Both the position numbers and the translations under genes were made by a program. Positions 58,885 to 64,000 of a stretch of 64,000 bases of DNA are shown piece after piece (within the stretch, counting starts at the first letter, position 1; the number at the start of each line of letters is the position of its first letter). The stretch comes from an uncultured bacterium (GTDB taxonomy: Bacteria > Bacillota_I > Bacilli_A > RFN20 > CAG-826). The DNA lies in NCBI GenBank assembly GCA_949285455.1, contig CASDXP010000005.1:2756-66755 (forward strand), read 5' to 3'. Under the pieces are notes generated by a model that was not told the origin of the DNA, did not search any database, and saw only the letters and a program-made list of their open reading frames with translations.

Positions 58885-59712
58885 TTAATTAACTTCTTTC
58901 TTAATAAGTTCGACAAGTTCATCAAAATAATGATCTTGTACTAGTTCAATTTTACCTTCATCGCACAGCTTAGCGATATCTTGTTCAATTGGTAAAGTAA
59001 CTAATACTTTCGCTTCGACCTTATCTTTTAATTCTTTAGAAGCGCTGGGGAAAAGATAAATCTTCTCTTTACAGTGTGGGCAAATCGCGTAACTCATATT
59101 CTCGACGATACTTAAGATGGGAATGTTCATCTCTTTTGCCATGTTGATGGCTTTCATGACGATCATCGAGACGAGGTCTTGAGGGGTGGTGACGACAATT
59201 ATTCCATCTAATGGGATAGATTGATAAATTGTTAAAGGAACATCTCCTGTGCCTGGAGGTAAATCGATCAATAAGACATCTAGTTCATCCCAGACGACAT
59301 CTTCGTAAAATTGTTTAACTACACCTCCGATGATAGGGCCTCTCCAAATGAGAGGGGTTTCTTCGTCATCCAATAAGTTATTAATAGATATAACTTTAAT
59401 TTCTAAGTTAGTTAAAACAGGTAAAATTAATTTTTCATTTAAAGCAGAAGCCTTTTCTTTTAAACCGAACATCTTAGGGATAGAAGGACCGGTAACATCT
59501 GCGTCTAAAATACCTACTTTTAGACCTGATTTCGCTAAAGAGGTGGTGAGGTGAGAAGTGACCATCGATTTACCAACCCCGCCTTTACCAGACATCACAG
59601 CATATATTTTCTTAATGTGACTTAATTCATTCAGATGTGCGTGGAAATCAACTTCTCTTTCACTACAATTTTCGACGTTACAACCAGCACATTGATGATT
59701 ACAATCGCTCAT
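58885..59712 (-). CDS. Mrp/ApbC-family Fe-S cluster carrier ATPase
   Basis: 275-aa ORF. Deviant Walker A SGKGGVGKS. Conserved CxxC (CPHC). N-terminal Cys-rich segment. Confidence 0.8.
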   Translation of the reverse strand: MSDCNHQCAGCNVENCSEREVDFHAHLNELSHIKKIYAVMSGKGGVGKSMVTSHLTTSLAKSGLKVGILDADVTGPSIPKMFGLKEKASALNEKLILPVLTNLEIKVISINNLLDDEETPLIWRGPIIGGVVKQFYEDVVWDELDVLLIDLPPGTGDVPLTIYQSIPLDGIIVVTTPQDLVSMIVMKAINMAKEMNIPILSIVENMSYAICPHCKEKIYLFPSASKELKDKVEAKVLVTLPIEQDIAKLCDEGKIELVQDHYFDELVELIKKEVN

Positions 59713-59833
59713 ATATATTTTTCTCCTTTTCTAGTCATTAAAATTATACGCTTAAATGTTTAAAAATTTAACGAAATGCTCATATTTACTAATTTATTAG
59801 GATTTGATATCTTGAAAGTGTGAGGTGCTAAAT

Positions 59834-60406
59834 ATGAAAAATAAGTTAAAAACTTTCGTCTTTTTACCTATCATTCTTTTGACGCTTTCTTCCTGTGGAG
59901 AAAGTAAGCCTTCAATTTTTGTCGCCTCCACTGGTTTACGTGCGGTTTTAGAAACGGTGGAAGAACTTTCTTTTAGCGTAAGAGTCTACTTTGGCCGTAC
60001 GGATGACTTTGTAAAATTTTATCAAGAAAATTATGAATTTAATGAAATTCCTAAAGACGGAATATATGTCATCGAAAGAGCAATTTATGATAATTACAAT
60101 ACTTTGATGGATAGACTTATTACCCCGATTGAAGATTTCGTTTCTAACGACGATTATTTCATGGATTATTACTATCATGAGGAAAACGATATAGTGGGTC
60201 ATTATGTTTTCGATCATTATTATCTAGACGTTATCGACCTTAGTAATATTCATTGTAATGAAGGTCACATAAATTATTTATTAAAATACGTTCGCGCGAG
60301 CGATTATACTGAATATGATAGGAGTTATTTATTAGGTGGAACTTATCAAGATGGTGATATGAGTTTTGATATCGAAGAATCAATCTTGGAAGTTTCTTTA
60401 ACGTAA
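59834..60406 (+). CDS. Putative lipoprotein (lipobox LSSCG)
   Basis: ATG 59834 after TGAGGTG. MKNKLKTFVFLPIILLTLSSCG signal. Asp/Tyr-rich, no catalytic motif. Confidence 0.45.
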   Translation: MKNKLKTFVFLPIILLTLSSCGESKPSIFVASTGLRAVLETVEELSFSVRVYFGRTDDFVKFYQENYEFNEIPKDGIYVIERAIYDNYNTLMDRLITPIEDFVSNDDYFMDYYYHEENDIVGHYVFDHYYLDVIDLSNIHCNEGHINYLLKYVRASDYTEYDRSYLLGGTYQDGDMSFDIEESILEVSLT

Positions 60407-60558
60407 AGTTATTTAATAATAAATATTAATAGACATATTTTTTTATCTTTGTTCACTAATTCAGTTAGTTTTCTTTTAAACATATAAAATTGCATTTGAC
60501 AATTGCATTATCTTTCATTATCTTATTAGTCAATATTAAAGAAAGGAGGAATACACTC

Positions 60559-62481
60559 ATGTCGAAAACAAAATTAATGTTACTCCCTCTCGCCGCTCTC
60601 GCGTTAGGCGCTTGTGCTCCTGAAACTCCAACTGATTGGACGGAAGAAGATAAAGCGACGATGGTCGAAGTGCTAGGGGAAGGACATTATTTACCCTTCA
60701 TGCATATTCCCGGTTACAATTTAAGCGTCGAAGGCGATCACCTCATCTTATTAGCGAAAGGCACGCAAGAAACGTTAGATTCTTACGCAGTTGTCTTAGA
60801 AGATGCTGGTTACACCTTAGAAGGTGAAAATTACGTCTTACCAATCGAAGAAACTGATACGGCCTTAAATGATATTGTCGTCGCTCTCAGTTTAGAAAAT
60901 GAAATCTTCGAAATTGACGCAAGTGTGGATCCAACTCCTAAATTCGCTTGGACGGCAGAAGATCTAGAAGCGATGGAACTCACTCTTCCTGGTATCGTCT
61001 TACCTGGCATTCAAGAATTTGCAGGTTACGATTATATAGCAGGCGCTTACCAAGATGAAACATCTCCAACTGGTGGTATGTTCCAATTCGTCATCTACTT
61101 AGATCATAATGCGGAAGGCGCTGCCACTGCGCAACAACTTAACAGTTTATATCAAACTGCATTACTTGAAGCATTCCCTGGCGAATTAGAACTTGGCACA
61201 CAATATACGAACGGTAATGAATATCTTTCTCATTACACTTCTACATCTGCTGCTTATACTTCGATGAATTGGACTGTGACGAGTTTCTATCGAAATAACA
61301 CGATGGGCGATGAAACTTATTTCTGTATCCAAGCTGGTGTCACCCAATTCTTACCTTGGGAAGATCCAGACGCGGAAGGTGCAACTGATAACATCGAAGA
61401 AATTAAAGCCTTAAATGAAGATGGCACAGCTGTCCTCGAAGGTGAAGAAGTCGTCATCCGTGGTACTGTTGCTTCCATCAGTGGAAGAAACTTCGTCTTA
61501 AAAGGAAGAAACGATCTTGATACGTCCTTCAACGACGGTATCTTAATTAAAGATCTCGATGCTTCTATCACTATGCCAGAACTTAATACCTTCGTCCGTG
61601 TTACGGCAACTGTTCATACAAGTGAAGGCTTACCATATCTCACCGCAAGTGCAGTTGAACTCATCCAAGAAGATGGACAAAAATTCTATAGTGATTTACT
61701 CTACGTCACCTATAAAGAAGAACTTGTCGACAAAACTTATTATGGTCTTCCAGTGAGTTACATGGGCTACTTCGTCGGCATCGATGCTGGTAGCGTCGTC
61801 GAAGAAGGCGTCGCTGCAACAGTGAGCTTAGCAGCTGATATGACCTACAATGAAGAAACTGGCGAATACTCTTGGGATGAAAGTCAAGTTATGACGCTTT
61901 ATCTCAATCCTGAAAACACTGATGTTAGCGTCCTCATCAATTCACTTAACGTTTACGTCTTAGGTGACGTCGTCACCGTGACGAATGCGATGGTGGATTA
62001 CGATGAAAATGGCGAAGCTAGACTTACCGCTCATGAAGGTACGATCGTTTCACCATATGTCACGCTTGGCACGAAGTGGTCTAAAGATGTCGTCACCTCA
62101 TTATACGATTCTTACGCTGGTTATGGCGAAGGTGCGGCTATGAACCCATTCCCTGCTACGTTACCTGCTAGCATTGCTAATTTGACTGGATTTGAATATC
62201 TCGTCATGGATGGTGCATACATAGATGCCCAATATGGTCAATCTGGCGATCCAAGAGTTATGATTGAAATTCACTCTAATGATATCACCTCTGAAAACGC
62301 TCAAACTTACGTCGATGATTTCGTCGATGCTCTCGAGCTGATTGCTGGTGGTGCAGCATGGATTTATGATAGCGATCGTTATTGGCTCATCGACGCTGAC
62401 GGTCAATCTGTCAATAACATCCAAATGATCGTTGAAGCAGATGCTGGTTATCTCTACGCTCTCTACTTCTTCATGGTCTAA
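60559..62481 (+). CDS. Acidic Ala/Thr/Gly/Glu-rich surface lipoprotein sharing the ~100-aa W..(E/D)D..LPF..AG(W/Y)T repeat module with 39661..42237
   Basis: ATG 60559 after AAAGGAGG. Lipobox LGACAP. Two N-terminal copies of the repeat (TDWTEEDKATM...LPF...LEDAGYTLEG and KFAWTAEDLEAM...LP...). G+C-richer codon usage than neighbouring genes. Confidence 0.55.
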   Translation: MSKTKLMLLPLAALALGACAPETPTDWTEEDKATMVEVLGEGHYLPFMHIPGYNLSVEGDHLILLAKGTQETLDSYAVVLEDAGYTLEGENYVLPIEETDTALNDIVVALSLENEIFEIDASVDPTPKFAWTAEDLEAMELTLPGIVLPGIQEFAGYDYIAGAYQDETSPTGGMFQFVIYLDHNAEGAATAQQLNSLYQTALLEAFPGELELGTQYTNGNEYLSHYTSTSAAYTSMNWTVTSFYRNNTMGDETYFCIQAGVTQFLPWEDPDAEGATDNIEEIKALNEDGTAVLEGEEVVIRGTVASISGRNFVLKGRNDLDTSFNDGILIKDLDASITMPELNTFVRVTATVHTSEGLPYLTASAVELIQEDGQKFYSDLLYVTYKEELVDKTYYGLPVSYMGYFVGIDAGSVVEEGVAATVSLAADMTYNEETGEYSWDESQVMTLYLNPENTDVSVLINSLNVYVLGDVVTVTNAMVDYDENGEARLTAHEGTIVSPYVTLGTKWSKDVVTSLYDSYAGYGEGAAMNPFPATLPASIANLTGFEYLVMDGAYIDAQYGQSGDPRVMIEIHSNDITSENAQTYVDDFVDALELIAGGAAWIYDSDRYWLIDADGQSVNNIQMIVEADAGYLYALYFFMV

Positions 62482-62508
62482 TTGGTAAATTCGATCAATT
62501 TATCTTTG

Positions 62509-62540
62509 AAAGGTATGCCCGCAAGGGTGTACCTTTTTTC
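62509..62540 (+). terminator. Rho-independent terminator with GCAA tetraloop after the lipoprotein gene
   Basis: AAAGGTATGCCC-GCAA-GGGTGTACCTTT stem (with G-U pairs) followed by TTTTC. Confidence 0.55.
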
Positions 62541-62544
62541 TATC

Positions 62545-64000
62545 TTAAAGATAGATTATGTCAATTCTAAGCGAAAATGTCCCAACATTTTTATAAACAT
62601 TAACGTAGAGAATAACGATTATTTTTGAACGCTTCTTGAAAGGAATCATAATTTGGATATCTCCATGGATGATCCATAGGTGGTATCCAATTTTTCTTTT
62701 TATTTTTACATTTGACTCCCTCGTCAAATGTTGAGGATACATCTTTGTTTTTGTTAATTTTCTTTAAGACATATGTTTTGTCAAAGACATTTCCATATAA
62801 TTCACCATTAAATGTTTCTACAACAATACATTTAGTTTTATTACTAGGATAAATTCTTTTGTCATTTTCATCATAAAATGCATAATATTGATTTTTAAAA
62901 GAAATAGAACATCCTTTATCAACAAGCCTTCTAGATACTTTTGATAAATAATAATCGATACTTGATTCTTCTATATCTGCGAATACTGAATTATAACCTT
63001 TATTAGAAAGTGAAAACTCCTTGATGTATTCTGGAATAAAAACATTAATGAGATATTCATTAGCCATTTCAATCGTATTGATATTTTTTAATGTTAATTC
63101 GGCTTTTAAACGATCTTGGAATATACCATTATATCGTTCAATTTGCCCTTTGGATTGAGCAACACTTGTCGTAGTTAACTCTACACCTAAATTCTTACAA
63201 GCAAAGGCAAATTGAGTTAATGTATCATCTTCATCTTTCTTTCTACTTTTTGATTCGTAAGTAAAGACTGTTCTTTTATCGGTAAGGAACTTAGCTGGTA
63301 TTCCATATTTTCTTAATATTTGTTTAAACACATGATAATAACCGTTTAATGTTTCTTGATGATCAAAATAAGCTCCTACAGGCATGCCTGTAGCATTATC
63401 TATAGCAAGATGAAGATGCATAAATAAGTCATCATTCCATCTTTGAGAACATGCATCCATCTGAATTAGTTCACCAAAATATTTCGCCTTTTCTTGCCTA
63501 GGATGCGCATCTTCTAAAGCTAGCAAGTGTTCTACCTTCTTTTCTAAAGTTACTTCATCACACTTACTAGCTTTAGAAGCGAGTATTTCTTCTTTTTTGA
63601 ATTTGCGTCTAGTTTTTCTTTGAAGTTTTGGAGAACGAATCTTTTCTTTGATAAGAAGGTCATAAAGAGTTGAATAAGGGATGACGATGTTCTCTTCTTT
63701 AGCAAGTAGTGTTTTAAAATGTTTGTAATTACAAATTAAATAATTTTCCTTATCTCCTTTGTATTTTGTCATTGCTAAATGTATTATTTTATTTGAGAAG
63801 TCTAGTGGGATTTTATTACTGGGTTTTCGATCTCTATTGCCATGTATAAAAGCCTTCTTGCCTTCTCTTTTATATTTATTTAGCAATCGATTAACCTGCC
63901 TAGTAGATATTCCTAATTTAATAGAACATCGTCTTTTTGATATTTTGCCTTCTGAAGTTAGTTTAATGTTTTCATACTTTTCTTGTTCATTCATCTTAAG
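62545..64000 (-). mobile_element. Insertion sequence (partial; the transposase-start side of the IS, near coordinate 64000, is cut by the window edge)
   Basis: Transposase ORF occupies 62600..63994. It begins right after the lipoprotein terminator. Inverted repeats could not be defined because one end lies outside the window. Confidence 0.4.
62600..63994 (-). CDS. DDE transposase, rve/integrase-core superfamily (IS481/ISNCY-IS1202-like) with N-terminal HTH
   Basis: 464-aa ORF. N-terminal HTH (..CSIKLGISTRQVNRLLNKY..). DDE triad context ..QMDAC.., ..FLTDKRTVF.., ..QSKGQIERYNGIFQDRL.. typical of rve-family transposases. Confidence 0.7.
   Translation of the reverse strand: MNEQEKYENIKLTSEGKISKRRCSIKLGISTRQVNRLLNKYKREGKKAFIHGNRDRKPSNKIPLDFSNKIIHLAMTKYKGDKENYLICNYKHFKTLLAKEENIVIPYSTLYDLLIKEKIRSPKLQRKTRRKFKKEEILASKASKCDEVTLEKKVEHLLALEDAHPRQEKAKYFGELIQMDACSQRWNDDLFMHLHLAIDNATGMPVGAYFDHQETLNGYYHVFKQILRKYGIPAKFLTDKRTVFTYESKSRKKDEDDTLTQFAFACKNLGVELTTTSVAQSKGQIERYNGIFQDRLKAELTLKNINTIEMANEYLINVFIPEYIKEFSLSNKGYNSVFADIEESSIDYYLSKVSRRLVDKGCSISFKNQYYAFYDENDKRIYPSNKTKCIVVETFNGELYGNVFDKTYVLKKINKNKDVSSTFDEGVKCKNKKKNWIPPMDHPWRYPNYDSFQEAFKNNRYSLR

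Noticed and set aside
60491-60545. Promoter or operator in 'TGCATTTGACAATTGCATTATCTTTCATTATCTT' upstream of the 60559 lipoprotein (TTGACA-like -35 plus direct ATTGCA repeats).
   Set aside because: No acceptable -10 hexamer at 16-18 nt spacing (TATCTT at best). The ATTGCA repeats are short, so the call is too speculative to list as a feature.

Overview
This is a low-GC, lipoprotein-rich chromosome segment that uses the standard genetic code, since TGA acts as a stop (including inside the prfB frameshift site). It reads as Mollicutes/Acholeplasma-like: ClpB lacks the N-domain, clpB sits behind a CIRCE operator, and many ORFs carry Cys-lipobox signal peptides. From 1 to about 25 kb there is a compact housekeeping block: prmC-Sua5/YciO-rpiB-comFA-comFC, a DUF4143 AAA ATPase, secA-prfB(+1 frameshift)-yitT-uvrB, redox genes, an XRE/YccF/lipoprotein cluster, and a class III RNR locus (nrdD with a fused Grx-like tail, then trxB; nrdG convergent). 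From about 25.2 to 38.1 kb lies an accessory/defence island. It holds an intact AbiEi/AbiEii pair, an MBL-fold lipoprotein, an AbiL-like ATPase+RloB pair and a ZIP transporter. It ends with a 2078-aa RHS/YD-repeat polymorphic-toxin gene whose C-terminal 177 aa are strongly hydrophobic, followed by two tandem paralogous small membrane proteins that are immunity candidates. After that come a flavodiiron protein, an 858-aa Ala/Thr/Gly/Asp-rich Big_2 lipoprotein carrying a ~100-aa repeat module shared with a second lipoprotein at 60.5 kb, secG, folD with a translationally coupled divergent ThyX-like ORF, a DUF308 membrane protein, PAP2, a DUF2974 hydrolase, gpmA, a 5'-nucleotidase lipoprotein and tRNA-His. 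Downstream of tRNA-His is a second accessory patch: two divergent DUF4143 ATPases separated by a duplicated palindromic operator, a PD-(D/E)xK-like remnant, a MATE exporter, a RibD-C/flavodoxin/cyclophilin-like trio, a decayed second AbiE pair with an in-frame TAG, and Mrp/ApbC. At the right edge an rve-type IS transposase is cut by the window boundary. I saw no CRISPR array and no rRNA.
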